A stretch of 64,000 bases of DNA from a virus (IMGVR_UViG_3300020048_000056:32001-96000), one strand, 5' to 3'; shown: positions 17,083 through 28,243, counted from the stretch's first letter. A program made the numbers and translations. Notes: generated from the letters alone by a model not told the origin.

Positions 17083-19047
17083 ATGTCATTTATTGACGAA
17101 AATGGATCGATTTCTGATCCCTATAGAAACTTTATCCATGTAAGTAGATACTCACGATGGATAGAGGAAAAAGGAAGACGAGAGACTTGGGTGGAGACTG
17201 TAGATCGATACATGTCATTTATGAAAAACCACCTTGTAAAGAATTATAATTACGATGAAAACGATATCAAATTTGATGAAGTGCGAGAGGCAATCCTCAA
17301 CCATAAGGTAATGGGCAGCATGAGAGCCCTAATGACCGCAGGGCCAGCATTAGACAGAGATCATATCGCAGCATACAATTGCTCTTTTATCGCGGTAGAC
17401 AGTCTGAGAGCCTTTGATGAGGCTATGTATATTCTAATGAATGGTACTGGTGTTGGATTCTCAGTAGAACAGAAATATGTTGCTCAACTACCCGTAATTG
17501 CAGAAGAACTATTTAAGACTCATACAACTATTATGGTTGAGGATTCCAAGTTGGGATGGGCTAAAGCATATAAGGAACTCGTTGGTTTACTTGTTACTGG
17601 TCAAATTCCAGAATGGGATATGTCAAAGATTCGTCCCGCAGGCGCACGACTAAAGACGTTCGGTGGCCGTGCATCAGGACCAGAGCCATTGAACGATCTT
17701 TTCAAGTTTACTGTTGAGCAATTCAAGATTGCTAAGGGACGTAGACTCAAATCAATTGAGGCACATGATCTTATGTGTAAGATTGGTGAGGTTGTTGTTG
17801 TCGGAGGCGTTCGTCGTTCTGCTCTCATTTCACTATCTAATCTGGATGACTTTGAAATGGCTAAGGCTAAGTCTGGTCAATGGTGGGAAACAGAAGGTCA
17901 ACGTGCGCTAGCCAATAACTCAGCGGTATATAATATGAAGCCTAATACTGCTCAGTTCCTCCGTGAATGGAGAAATCTATATGAGTCAAAGTCAGGTGAG
18001 CGTGGTATCTATAATATGGATTCCGTTCGTAAGCATATTGATAAATTCGGTCGCAGAGATTCATCTCTGGTCGCTGGCACTAATCCCTGCGGAGAAATCC
18101 TTCTACGGGCAAATCAGTTCTGTAACCTTACCGAAGTAGTTATCAGTGCTGATGACGATGCTAAGAGTCTTTCAGAGAAAGTTCGTATAGCAACAATCTT
18201 GGGTACTTGGCAAGCAACGCTAAGCAACTTTAAGTATATTCGTAAGTCTTGGAAAACTAATACAGAAGAAGAAAGACTATTGGGGGTGTCCTTAACAGGT
18301 ATCTTTGGCAATACTCTTACTGGAACAATTCATGATGGATTAGAAAAACTTCTCACGGATATGCGTGAAGTCGCTGTAGCAGTCAATGTTGATGAGGCAG
18401 ATATCCTAGGAATTCAGCATTCTGTAGCAATCACCACGGTGAAACCGTCAGGAACTGTTTCTCAACTCACGGGGGTATCTAGCGGTATTCACCCTTGGTA
18501 TTCAGAATACTATATTCGATCTGTTCGTGCTGACAATAAAGATCCTATGACAGTATTCCTAAAGGACTTTGGAGTACCAAGTGAGCCAGACGTTATGAAG
18601 CCTGATGCTACTACAGTATTTTACTTCCCAATCAAGGCTCCAGAAGGGGCAACGGTAACTTCAGATCTATCAGCAATTGATCACCTTGAGATCTGGAAGA
18701 TGTACAGAACTCATTGGACAGAGCATAATCCTTCAGTAACAATTAATATTGCAGAAGATGAATGGCTAGATGTAGGCGCTTGGGTTTATAAGAACTTTGA
18801 TCATATTGGTGGGGTATCATTCCTACCAGCATCTGAGCATTCTTACAAGCAGGCTCCATATCAAAAGATTAGCAAAGAAGAGTATGAAGAGGCTGTGGCA
18901 AAGATGCCAAAGCGTATTCCTTGGGAATCACTTCCTCTCTATGAATTAGAGGATTCAACAACTGGAAGTCAAGAATTGGCTTGTAGTGGATCTACTGGTT
19001 GTGAAGTTGTAGATATAACATATTCAGAACCAATTTTAGTTAAATAA
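17083..19047 (+). CDS. nrdJ: Class II (adenosylcobalamin-dependent) ribonucleotide reductase
   Basis: YNC, GTGVGFS, FGGRASGPEPL, GTNPCGEI, FCNLTEV, TTVKPSGT, EHNPS, C-terminal Cys pair; no small subunit nearby. Confidence 0.93.
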   Translation: MSFIDENGSISDPYRNFIHVSRYSRWIEEKGRRETWVETVDRYMSFMKNHLVKNYNYDENDIKFDEVREAILNHKVMGSMRALMTAGPALDRDHIAAYNCSFIAVDSLRAFDEAMYILMNGTGVGFSVEQKYVAQLPVIAEELFKTHTTIMVEDSKLGWAKAYKELVGLLVTGQIPEWDMSKIRPAGARLKTFGGRASGPEPLNDLFKFTVEQFKIAKGRRLKSIEAHDLMCKIGEVVVVGGVRRSALISLSNLDDFEMAKAKSGQWWETEGQRALANNSAVYNMKPNTAQFLREWRNLYESKSGERGIYNMDSVRKHIDKFGRRDSSLVAGTNPCGEILLRANQFCNLTEVVISADDDAKSLSEKVRIATILGTWQATLSNFKYIRKSWKTNTEEERLLGVSLTGIFGNTLTGTIHDGLEKLLTDMREVAVAVNVDEADILGIQHSVAITTVKPSGTVSQLTGVSSGIHPWYSEYYIRSVRADNKDPMTVFLKDFGVPSEPDVMKPDATTVFYFPIKAPEGATVTSDLSAIDHLEIWKMYRTHWTEHNPSVTINIAEDEWLDVGAWVYKNFDHIGGVSFLPASEHSYKQAPYQKISKEEYEEAVAKMPKRIPWESLPLYELEDSTTGSQELACSGSTGCEVVDITYSEPILVK

Positions 19048-19066
19048 ATAGATTAAGTATGGCATT

Positions 19067-19096
19067 GAGGGGAGGTAGTTTTTACTACCTCCCTTC
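19067..19096 (+). terminator. Intrinsic terminator hairpin
   Basis: GAGGGGAGGTAGT-tttt-ACTACCTCCCTTC. Confidence 0.7.
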
Positions 19097-19112
19097 TTGC
19101 TATAATTAGACT

Positions 19113-22100
19113 ATGACCACCACAATAAACCAATATGCCGAAAGGGTATATGCGGAGCATCCAATTGCCCTGTGGTCACTAGATGAAACTGCATACTATC
19201 TTGCTCTTGCCAATGACAACTCTAGACTCTTTTCAAATTGGTCATTAACTGAATGTACTTCTGACGATTCTCCAGATCTCACAGGAATCCCAGTATCCCC
19301 ATTTAAAAATAGTGCAATATATTCATCTATAACTAAAACAACATCATCAGCAGGATCGATAAGGGCTTTATCTCCAATGCTTTTTGGACCATCGGATATT
19401 AACACCTCTGTTAAAACATTTTGCGTAAATTTCTTTTTATATCAAAAACCAACATATATTAACTACTTTCAAATTGGCATCACTTATTGGAATTCTCTTG
19501 GCATTCAGAAAGAGGTATGGTTTGATGAAACCCCTCCACCAATTAATGAATCTTGGGCTAACTTTAATCAAATATTTGATATTCCTTTTAGTTGGTCAGG
19601 GGATTTACAACTAATGATCAAGGTAGACTTTAAGGATGGTGCAGATGTTTCAGCAAGGACTCTTATCCTGAATGGACTATCAATAGGTCAAGGATCAGAA
19701 ACAACATGTTACGAAAATCTTGGTAGTGAAGCAATAACTTTACCAAGTTCTACAAATATTGTGGGTCTTTCTGGTATACCTGCTGATCAGTATGGAATTC
19801 TATCGGATAACGCTTATTACCTTGTTAGAGAAAATAATCTTTTAGCCTATAATGATGGATTCCCCATAATTTTTGGTACAGGAAGTTCTACTAAGTTATA
19901 TCCTTCTGGAGTGAATCTTCCATCATTAATTTTTCCTGGTAAAGGAATGCTAAACGAAGCAGGTAGAAATAAAAAATATACCCTAGAGGCTTGGATTCAA
20001 ATTGATCCAAAAACAACATCTGCCATAAAGATCTTAGGACCATTATCAGGAACAGATGGAATCTATGTAAAAGAAGGTTTTATTACTTTAGTGGTTGGGG
20101 ACAACATATCCTCTCATTGTGTTTCTGAATGGTACAGGCCAATGCTTATTCATATTCAAATAAAAGACAACAATGTTGTTCTTCTTATTAATGGTGAAGA
20201 GGTTGCAAATGTTTTAATTGATAAGAAAACTATAAACCTACCAAATGATACAGATTGGTGGGGGGTATATTCTTATCCATCAATAAATATGTTTAAGATT
20301 GATGCTATATCTATCTATCCATACATAGTCTCAGCAATTGCTGCAAAAAGAAGGTTCGTTTATGGTCAAGGAACTCCTGCAATTCAATCGATAAATAATG
20401 GATTTTCTGGAACAGCCGTAACCATAGACTTCTCTACAGCAGAGTATAGTTCAAACATAATTTATCCAGACATTGCTCGTTGGGATGCAGGGTATTTCAA
20501 TAACCTAAATGCTACAAAGGACTATATATCAGTTCCAGATTATACACTTCCAGAAATAAATATTAACGGTAGAGATATTCAGGAATGGTATAGAGATAAT
20601 CGTGTCGTTTATGGACTAGAATATCCATTAAATAATAGTCCAAACTTTATTACATTCAGACCAAATATCACTTACGATATAGACGGAAATCCTATATCAT
20701 GGAGTACCGAAGGAATAAATTATACTTCTGACGAGCAATCCTATTTAAATTTTCCAAGTTTAAATGTTTTAAATGATCCAGTTTCAACAATATATGGAAT
20801 ATTTGAAGCAGAGCAAAACTTAACCATTGGAAGAACTTTAATGAGTTTTGTAAATATCACAAATGGAGAAACGTTTGAGATAACAATTACTTTCGATCCA
20901 GATACTGAATTAAACTTAATTAAATACTTTATAAATAACACTGAGTTAGAGTCAGCAAGGCAGTCAGTTACCACTGGAATAGAATGTCTTGTTGGAATTA
21001 ATATTGAAGCACTTGGTATAGAGTTTGGGTATGAAGTTTCTAAATTCTTTTCTTCTCCAACATCAATACAGTTGTTTGTTGGTGGTAATGGCAATAATAC
21101 CTTTGAAGGAAAGATATATTTGGTTGGATTTTCAAATCAAACGAATTACAATGAAATATCTACAAACTTTTTATCAAACGGTACAGCAATAAACGATAGG
21201 TATGAATTACTGTTCGATCATATTGCAAGTTACACATTAATACCAGAACTAGAGTATGGTCATCTGTTCCTAGACATATCGGTATCATCTTCTTGGGAAG
21301 AATATTTTCCCTTAACTTATTTTGCAAGTTACGTTAAAGATGAAAATGGAAACCCATATTATGACTTAGACATGTTGCAAATAAATTTGGGATATGTGTC
21401 CGTTGAGTCAAATGTTGTTTGGACATATCAAGAACTTAGAGATGCTTATGTGGGGCAAACCTACCAAGATCTAAAAGATTCAATCTATTCAAATTACTTT
21501 AATCTTAGTAAAAACAATACAACGGGGAACTCAGTAAACATCTCTAACTCATCCCTTCAATCATACATGACATTCCAATCACTTTCTGATGGAGCCAATT
21601 CACCAATATCTGATTTTCCATATACAAAAGAACTTATAAGCAGCAAGGTTATTGATCCAGATTTAGAGAATACAGAACTGTTTCCTCAAAGAGCATATGA
21701 AACAAAGTTTTCATTTAACGACAATGTAATTGTTTATCCACCTAAAACAAATAATTTTGAAGACTATGCCCTAGTCGTACATTTTCAGATAAATCAAAGA
21801 TCTATTCTGAAGAATCCATTAAAGGTTAAGAGTTTTGAAATAACATCTAAGAATCTTAATTATGCAAGCATAACTAATCCAAAAACCCAAAGGAATTATG
21901 TTGGAACAAAGTTTGGAACAAAGATAAATCCAGAAATAGATATATTTGGAGTGCTAGATGGAAAGAGCAAGAATCCATATCTAATATACAAGACAGCGAC
22001 TCCCTACATATATAAAACTGGAAAGTCTGGAATTAGAGTTATAAACCAGTCATCAATATCTCTTGAAACTTTAGATCAATATCAAGTAAGTATTCCAGTA

Positions 22101-22919
22101 AACTCTAATAGTTCATACGACTTTAAAGTAGCAGCATTAACGTTTTTCCTTATGGGGAATATTGCAGATGGATCAGATCAAATACCCCTTATTGAAATAA
22201 AACATAAAGATGGAATAATCACCTTAGTATTAAATAAAACAGAAACTGAGACTAACATAAAGGTATATAGTAGAGCGATTAATACATTTGTTAATGGAGG
22301 TTACTCAGATACTGTTTTATGGACAGACTATTGGGATTGTGGAACATCTAGTACTCTTCCAAATGTATTTATAGATGTATCAGTAGGATCTCTAGATCAA
22401 ACCAACATTCCAGATAATTACGTTGAAATTGATGGAGTCAGTTTCTATCAAAATGGAAGGTATGTCAAGAATCCTTCAATAAAAAATGATGAATGGAATT
22501 CTATAGGTCTTTCCTTTGCAGAGGAACTTAATTTTGATGGGTATCCCGATGGGAACATTAAGATATTCGGAGGGTTCACCTTTAATGACATATCATATTA
22601 CCTATCAGAAGGAATGGGCATTCAAAGAGATATTAATGCTCGTACATGGCAAAAGGTACTTGATAGTGATTATGCAGGAGATCCCATCATCCCTGACAAC
22701 CTTTGGTCATACTGGTCAGCAGAAGACAGAAAATGGCAAAGTGTGTATGAACTTAGTAAGTCATCTTCATACCTAAGTACCCCAGCAAATATTTATCAAG
22801 CATATACTGGTACGAATAGGTACATTATTGATGACAACTCAGGTATTGAGTTAAATCAAACACAAACTTCCGTATTGACAGACGTATCTTGGTCTGCATA
22901 TACTGGTAAACCCGTATAA
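19113..22919 (+). CDS. Large virion structural protein with ConA/LamG-like regions
   Basis: 1268 aa; AEHPIALWSLDE N-terminus, beta-rich; TGCTATAAT-N6-ATG start. Confidence 0.6.
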   Translation: MTTTINQYAERVYAEHPIALWSLDETAYYLALANDNSRLFSNWSLTECTSDDSPDLTGIPVSPFKNSAIYSSITKTTSSAGSIRALSPMLFGPSDINTSVKTFCVNFFLYQKPTYINYFQIGITYWNSLGIQKEVWFDETPPPINESWANFNQIFDIPFSWSGDLQLMIKVDFKDGADVSARTLILNGLSIGQGSETTCYENLGSEAITLPSSTNIVGLSGIPADQYGILSDNAYYLVRENNLLAYNDGFPIIFGTGSSTKLYPSGVNLPSLIFPGKGMLNEAGRNKKYTLEAWIQIDPKTTSAIKILGPLSGTDGIYVKEGFITLVVGDNISSHCVSEWYRPMLIHIQIKDNNVVLLINGEEVANVLIDKKTINLPNDTDWWGVYSYPSINMFKIDAISIYPYIVSAIAAKRRFVYGQGTPAIQSINNGFSGTAVTIDFSTAEYSSNIIYPDIARWDAGYFNNLNATKDYISVPDYTLPEININGRDIQEWYRDNRVVYGLEYPLNNSPNFITFRPNITYDIDGNPISWSTEGINYTSDEQSYLNFPSLNVLNDPVSTIYGIFEAEQNLTIGRTLMSFVNITNGETFEITITFDPDTELNLIKYFINNTELESARQSVTTGIECLVGINIEALGIEFGYEVSKFFSSPTSIQLFVGGNGNNTFEGKIYLVGFSNQTNYNEISTNFLSNGTAINDRYELLFDHIASYTLIPELEYGHLFLDISVSSSWEEYFPLTYFASYVKDENGNPYYDLDMLQINLGYVSVESNVVWTYQELRDAYVGQTYQDLKDSIYSNYFNLSKNNTTGNSVNISNSSLQSYMTFQSLSDGANSPISDFPYTKELISSKVIDPDLENTELFPQRAYETKFSFNDNVIVYPPKTNNFEDYALVVHFQINQRSILKNPLKVKSFEITSKNLNYASITNPKTQRNYVGTKFGTKINPEIDIFGVLDGKSKNPYLIYKTATPYIYKTGKSGIRVINQSSISLETLDQYQVSIPVNSNSSYDFKVAALTFFLMGNIADGSDQIPLIEIKHKDGIITLVLNKTETETNIKVYSRAINTFVNGGYSDTVLWTDYWDCGTSSTLPNVFIDVSVGSLDQTNIPDNYVEIDGVSFYQNGRYVKNPSIKNDEWNSIGLSFAEELNFDGYPDGNIKIFGGFTFNDISYYLSEGMGIQRDINARTWQKVLDSDYAGDPIIPDNLWSYWSAEDRKWQSVYELSKSSSYLSTPANIYQAYTGTNRYIIDDNSGIELNQTQTSVLTDVSWSAYTGKPV

Positions 22920-22937
22920 TCTGGTACAATTGTGGTT

Positions 22938-23330
22938 ATGAGTAATGAAAAAAGAGAAAAAGTTGGTAAGTCCAAGGTAACTGTAATGAATGTGGGAGAT
23001 GCCCAAAAGAAGCACTTTGGATATGAGTGGGGTATGTATTTTTGGAAACTACCAGATGGTCACTTATTTGGTGATGGAGAAGGAAGACTCCTTAATATTC
23101 CATCAGTTAAGGGAGACATTGGACAGATGGCAAAGATTAGATCAGAAGCAGCAATTAATGGTCAGCCAGATGGAGAAGCATGGTTCTATGCAGGGGCAGG
23201 AAGAGCAACTGATGAAGAATATAGCGAACAGTTAAATAGACTTGAGGAAGGACTCATCCCATCTCTTAATGATTTTGGGGCAGTCGCAGCAGCAAAGAGA
23301 TCCTTAGAAGTATATGGAGAGGTTGACTAA
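22938..23330 (+). CDS. Conserved hypothetical phage protein upstream of portal
   Basis: ATG 7 nt after TGGTACAAT; TAATG coupling to portal. Confidence 0.6.
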   Translation: MSNEKREKVGKSKVTVMNVGDAQKKHFGYEWGMYFWKLPDGHLFGDGEGRLLNIPSVKGDIGQMAKIRSEAAINGQPDGEAWFYAGAGRATDEEYSEQLNRLEEGLIPSLNDFGAVAAAKRSLEVYGEVD

Positions 23331-24958
23331 TGGCTGACTTCCTAATTGATGCAAAACTAGCAGACCAAATAATCCAGAACGAGTTTGCAGATTCAGATCC
23401 ATTTAATAAAACTGTAGATGATCTTCTTGGTCTTAGAGGAATAAATAAAAACTTTAAGAGAAGAATGACTAGAGTTGAAAAAGCAAATACCACAATTAAT
23501 AACGTCCCCCGTCAAGCAGATGGACAAATTTCTGAACGATATTTAAGTGACTCAAAGGCTGTAGGGCAGAATACAGATCATACTGTAGGGTCAAAGAAGA
23601 TTAATCCTGGCCAAGTGTATCGAAATGGATATGGAATCTTTGACCTTATTACTCCCCCATACAATCTTTATGAACTTTCAGCATATTACGATACATCATT
23701 TGCAAACCATGCGGCGGTAGATGCTAAGGTATCAAATACTGTTGGCCTTGGATATGACTTTGAAATGACAACCAACACTCTTATGAGAATTGAAGATACT
23801 AAAGATGATGCTAAAAAGTTAGGTGCTAAAAGAAAAATTGAAAGACTTAAGATTCAGATGGGTGATTGGGTTGAAAGTCTAAATGATGATGATAGTTTAA
23901 CTAAGACTCTTGAAAAAGTTGTAACAGATATGCAGGCTACAGGAAATGGCTTTATTGAAGTAGGCCGCACAGTAACAGGAGAGATTGGATATGTTGGACA
24001 TATCCCAGCAACCACAATGCGCGTTCGTCGTCTGCATGATGGATATATTCAGATCATTGCTGGAACCATCACATACTTCCGTAACTTTGGTGCAACCAAT
24101 CCTAATCCCGTTACAGATGACAATCGTCCAAATGAAGTTCTTCATCTTAAAGAATATTCACCACTTAATACATTCTATGGTGTTCCAGACATTATTGCCG
24201 CAATGACTTCCCTGCAAGGCGACCAGATGGCTGCACGATACAATATCGACTACTTTGAGAACAAAGCAGTACCACGTTACATCATTACAGTCAAGGGTGC
24301 AAAACTAACCCCAGAAGCAGAAGATAAGTTATTTAGATTCTTCCAAACGGGTTTAAAGGGGCAGTCACATAGAACTCTATACATTCCACTTCCTGGTGAT
24401 AGTGAAGGAAGTAAGATTGAGTTTGAAATGCATCCAGTAGAGAATGGTGTACAAGAAGCATCATTTAATGAATACCGTTTGCGTAATCGTGATGACATCC
24501 TTATGGCTCATCAAGTACCTCTTTCAAAACTAGGCGGGGTAGATACAGGATCTCTTGCATCAGCAATGACACAAGATAGAACCTTCCGTGATCAAGTAGC
24601 AAAGCCACTACAAGAATATGTTGAGAAGGCTGTAAATAAACTTATTAAAGAAAAGACAGACATCATTAGACTTAGATTTAAGCAAGTAAGTCTTACTGAC
24701 GAAATTGCTGAATCTCAGATTCTTGAGCGTTATGTTAAGAACAAGATTCTTGTTCCAAATGAGGCACGCGAAAAGATTGGTATGCCACAGATTGAGGGTG
24801 GAGATATTCCTTTAGAGTTAACTCCTCGTCAAGCAACTGATACTCGTGCGAACATGGCACAGAACAGAACAAGAGATACTGAGCGTTCTAACAATCAATC
24901 CGATGGAGCAGGAGCCGTTAGTGGAAGGAACCCTAAGGGTGCTGGACCAAAGGTTTAA
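23330..24958 (+). CDS. Portal protein
   Basis: TGNGFIEV, EVLHLKEY..YGVP, YFENKAVP, ILMAHQVP, PNEAREKIG..GGD. Confidence 0.92.
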   Translation: MADFLIDAKLADQIIQNEFADSDPFNKTVDDLLGLRGINKNFKRRMTRVEKANTTINNVPRQADGQISERYLSDSKAVGQNTDHTVGSKKINPGQVYRNGYGIFDLITPPYNLYELSAYYDTSFANHAAVDAKVSNTVGLGYDFEMTTNTLMRIEDTKDDAKKLGAKRKIERLKIQMGDWVESLNDDDSLTKTLEKVVTDMQATGNGFIEVGRTVTGEIGYVGHIPATTMRVRRLHDGYIQIIAGTITYFRNFGATNPNPVTDDNRPNEVLHLKEYSPLNTFYGVPDIIAAMTSLQGDQMAARYNIDYFENKAVPRYIITVKGAKLTPEAEDKLFRFFQTGLKGQSHRTLYIPLPGDSEGSKIEFEMHPVENGVQEASFNEYRLRNRDDILMAHQVPLSKLGGVDTGSLASAMTQDRTFRDQVAKPLQEYVEKAVNKLIKEKTDIIRLRFKQVSLTDEIAESQILERYVKNKILVPNEAREKIGMPQIEGGDIPLELTPRQATDTRANMAQNRTRDTERSNNQSDGAGAVSGRNPKGAGPKV

Positions 24959-24996
24959 TAACAATTGTATAAACATGATGTATAATAGAAAGTAAT

Positions 24997-26541
24997 ATGG
25001 ACATTAATAAGGCAAGTTGGTCTACAAATGACAATCATATTCGTCTTTCTATGCCAATTAATAAGATAGATAAGGAACGCAGAATCGTTACTGGTTTCGC
25101 TACTCTTGATAACCTTGATCGTCAAGGAGATGTTGTTCCAAAGGAAGCAAGCCTTAAGGCTTTTGAATCCTTTCGTGGAAACATTCGTGAGATGCATCAG
25201 CCTATCGCTGTTGGCAAGGTAGTTTCTTTTAAGGAAGACACTTATTTTGATCCAGAATCAAAGAGTTTCTATAATGGCATTGTTGTTTCTGCATACGTTA
25301 GTAAAGGGGCACAGGATACTTGGGAAAAGGTTCTTGATGGAACTCTTACAGGATTCTCTATTGGTGGAGAGATTCATGACTCAGAAAATGTATTTGATGA
25401 AGATATGGGTAAGACTTATCAAGTAATCAAAGAATATTCACTTAGTGAATTATCCTTGGTAGATAATCCAGCAAATCAATTTGCTAATGTATTTAGTATC
25501 GAAAAGGGTATTGCTACTGGATACCTTTCAAAGACAGCAACTGAAAATGTTTATTGGTGCAGGAAGTGTGACATTGTAAAAATGTCTTCTGCATCATCTT
25601 GCGTTTGCCCACAATGTGATGCATCAATGAATAGCATTGGTTTTGTTGAGAGCAATGACGCTGAAAAAGCAATGGTTGTTAAAACAATGGTTTCTGAAAT
25701 AAAGAAAAGTGAAATTCAAAAGGGAATAGAAGTTGGTTCGTATGTCAAATCAAGTGACGGATATGCTCGTGTATCTGAGATAATCTTCCATGGTGGAGCA
25801 AGACTATCATCCCAAGAAGTAGCAATAATGGCGAAGTCAAGTGATCCAGTTGTTGTGCTTAAGGTATATTCACAAAATGACGGTACAATAGTACCTACCA
25901 ATCGTCGTATTGTTAAAAATATTTCTTCATTAGAAAAGATTAATACGATTAGTAAATCAGAGGAGGTAAGTAATATGAACTCAGACATTATCATTGTAGA
26001 TGAGATTGAAAAGAGCATGAGTGAAGAGCAGGTTAATCCTCCAGAGGAGACTGCTATTCCCGTAACTGTAACAGATCACACAAATTCTGAAGCAGCAAAA
26101 GCAATCGAAGTCGAAATTGAAGAAGATGATTCAGAAGATTCTGCTGATGAAGCAGAGGACATGACTGAAGAAGATTCTATGGGAGAAGATATGAAAGAAG
26201 AGGTTGCCGTTAAAATGGATACACCTAGTGATGAAACTACCATGAAAATGGTTGGTGAAATTGCTGAGACTCTTTCAGCAACTCTCTCTACCCTTGCAGA
26301 AACAGTAAAGGCTCTTGATGCCAAGATTGAAGGCATTCATAAGTCAATTACTGGACTAAGTGGCGAGGTAGATGAAGTAAAAAATAGTTTTGGTAAGCGT
26401 GTCGATGCAGTCGAAAAAGACACCGCTTTCCGTAAATCTGCTGATCTTGGCGAGATCTTGCAGGAAGAACCAGTTATGGAGAAGTCAATGACTTCCACAT
26501 GGAACGGTCGTTTCCTCACAAATGCCGATCTATTTAACTAA
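24997..26541 (+). CDS. Prohead protease with C-terminal scaffold
   Basis: RIVTGFAT..DRQGD, IREMH, GFSIGG, ELSLVDNPAN; acidic and coiled-coil C-terminus. Confidence 0.88.
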   Translation: MDINKASWSTNDNHIRLSMPINKIDKERRIVTGFATLDNLDRQGDVVPKEASLKAFESFRGNIREMHQPIAVGKVVSFKEDTYFDPESKSFYNGIVVSAYVSKGAQDTWEKVLDGTLTGFSIGGEIHDSENVFDEDMGKTYQVIKEYSLSELSLVDNPANQFANVFSIEKGIATGYLSKTATENVYWCRKCDIVKMSSASSCVCPQCDASMNSIGFVESNDAEKAMVVKTMVSEIKKSEIQKGIEVGSYVKSSDGYARVSEIIFHGGARLSSQEVAIMAKSSDPVVVLKVYSQNDGTIVPTNRRIVKNISSLEKINTISKSEEVSNMNSDIIIVDEIEKSMSEEQVNPPEETAIPVTVTDHTNSEAAKAIEVEIEEDDSEDSADEAEDMTEEDSMGEDMKEEVAVKMDTPSDETTMKMVGEIAETLSATLSTLAETVKALDAKIEGIHKSITGLSGEVDEVKNSFGKRVDAVEKDTAFRKSADLGEILQEEPVMEKSMTSTWNGRFLTNADLFN

Positions 26542-26575
26542 AATAACAGAAAGAAATTCAGGAGGTGAAAGTCAA

Positions 26576-27712
26576 ATGACAGAAATTATTAAGAATCAGC
26601 CATCCGATACTGGTGAATACGGCGATCCAAGTCCAGGTTTATACCAAGGACAGGGCGCAGTTGCCAACCTCGGAATTGGTGGAACAGAAGGCGTCATGGG
26701 AGGCGATGCTTGGGGAACCCCAGGTAACATTCCTAACGCAAACTATGGAGATCTATCAGGACCAAACGCAGTTAATCCAACTGGCGTTCCTGGCGGTATC
26801 CTCAACCCAGAGCAGGCTCGTCGTTTTATCGACTACGTTTGGGATGCAACAGTTCTCGCACAAGATGGTCGTAGAGTTACAATGCGTGCAAACACGATTG
26901 AACTTGAGAAGGTCAATGTTGGAGAGCGCGTAATTCGTGCTGCAAATCAGGCACTTGGCGATTATGTCAATGCTGGTGCAACATTCACAAAGGTTGAGTT
27001 GACAACAAAGAAGATCCGTTTGGATTGGGAAGTTGCAACAGAGGCTCTTGAAGATAACATCGAAGGCTCAGCATTAGAGGATCACTTGGTCCGCTTGATG
27101 ACAAACGCATTCGGTAACGATCTTGAGGATCTTGCTATCAATGGCGATGGAGGTATTGATCCATTCCTAGGTATCATGAACGGCTTTGTTAATCAGGTCC
27201 AGTTCTCTGGCGATGCTCACGAAGCAGTTGTTGATGTTACAGGTGGATGGACCCCAGAGGTCATGCAAGAAATCATCTATGCACTTCCACGCAAGTACCG
27301 TGCAATCAAGACTGGCCTAAAGTTCTATGCAGGTACAGATGTATTCGCAAACATCGTTAGAAATAACGGTACACTTGCAGATGCTATCTCTGAGGCACTT
27401 ATGCCACGAGTCAGCGGTACTCCAGGCCGTCGTGAGGATTACCTTTCAGGTGGTGCTCAGACATTTGGTGGCGCTCGCACAACTCGCGTTCTTGGTATCG
27501 ATGTTCAGGAAGTTCCTTACTACCCTGCGGACTTTGTAGATCTTACATTCCCACAGAACCGTGTATGGGGATTCCAACGCGATATCACAGTTAATCGTGA
27601 GTACAAGCCAAAGAAGGACACAATTGAGTACACAGTATTCGTCCGTTTTGGTCTTACTTGGGAAGAACTAGACGCAGTTGCTTATGCAGATACAAACCCA
27701 TTCACATCCTAA
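26576..27712 (+). CDS. Major capsid protein (HK97 fold)
   Basis: SD GGAGGTG; GILNPEQARRFI, EALEDNIEG, DLEDLAINGDG; follows protease. Confidence 0.92.
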   Translation: MTEIIKNQPSDTGEYGDPSPGLYQGQGAVANLGIGGTEGVMGGDAWGTPGNIPNANYGDLSGPNAVNPTGVPGGILNPEQARRFIDYVWDATVLAQDGRRVTMRANTIELEKVNVGERVIRAANQALGDYVNAGATFTKVELTTKKIRLDWEVATEALEDNIEGSALEDHLVRLMTNAFGNDLEDLAINGDGGIDPFLGIMNGFVNQVQFSGDAHEAVVDVTGGWTPEVMQEIIYALPRKYRAIKTGLKFYAGTDVFANIVRNNGTLADAISEALMPRVSGTPGRREDYLSGGAQTFGGARTTRVLGIDVQEVPYYPADFVDLTFPQNRVWGFQRDITVNREYKPKKDTIEYTVFVRFGLTWEELDAVAYADTNPFTS

Positions 27713-27733
27713 TCAAGTGATGTGACTGTTTTT

Positions 27734-27761
27734 GGGGAGTAGCCTTTCGAGGTTGCTCCCC
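27734..27761 (+). terminator. Terminator hairpin after capsid gene
   Basis: GGGGAGTAGCCT-TTCG-AGGTTGCTCCCC. Confidence 0.75.
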
Positions 27762-27805
27762 TTAAGCATATAATGATATAATTACAATAAGAAAAGGAGT
27801 TGCAC

Positions 27806-28240
27806 ATGTCTGAAGAAATTTTAGAAGAATCACTGGAAGTACCAAAAGCCGATAAGGTAATGGAACCAGTTGAAGTCGTAGTTGGTAAACTTGTAGAAGT
27901 TAAAGAAGATGCTCCAGAACTGGTAACTCAAAAAGTTATCTCTGGTCCAAAAAAGACAAGAGCGCCAAAGAAGTCAAACGTTCAGGCAAAGAGCAATAAC
28001 GCTATTGGTTCAGGAGCAGCAGATAGAGCATTGGCAAGAAAGGTAGATACAACAAAGCCAAAGCGAGATGAATCTGAGATGATAGCGCTTTGGTCAGACA
28101 AGAATATTAGATGGTCAGATGTTGGAACTATCTGTAAGGGTTATAATATTGTATCTAAGGAGGCAGCCGTAAAGTGGACTTCAAAGGCTGGTATCCGCGA
28201 GGCTACCCCAGAAGAAGTTGCAACATACTACGGCGCATAA
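27806..28240 (+). CDS. Hypothetical head-region protein
   Basis: SD AAGGAG; C-terminal IREATPEEVA; TGATATAAT at 27774. Confidence 0.65.
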   Translation: MSEEILEESLEVPKADKVMEPVEVVVGKLVEVKEDAPELVTQKVISGPKKTRAPKKSNVQAKSNNAIGSGAADRALARKVDTTKPKRDESEMIALWSDKNIRWSDVGTICKGYNIVSKEAAVKWTSKAGIREATPEEVATYYGA

Positions 28241-28243
28241 TAT

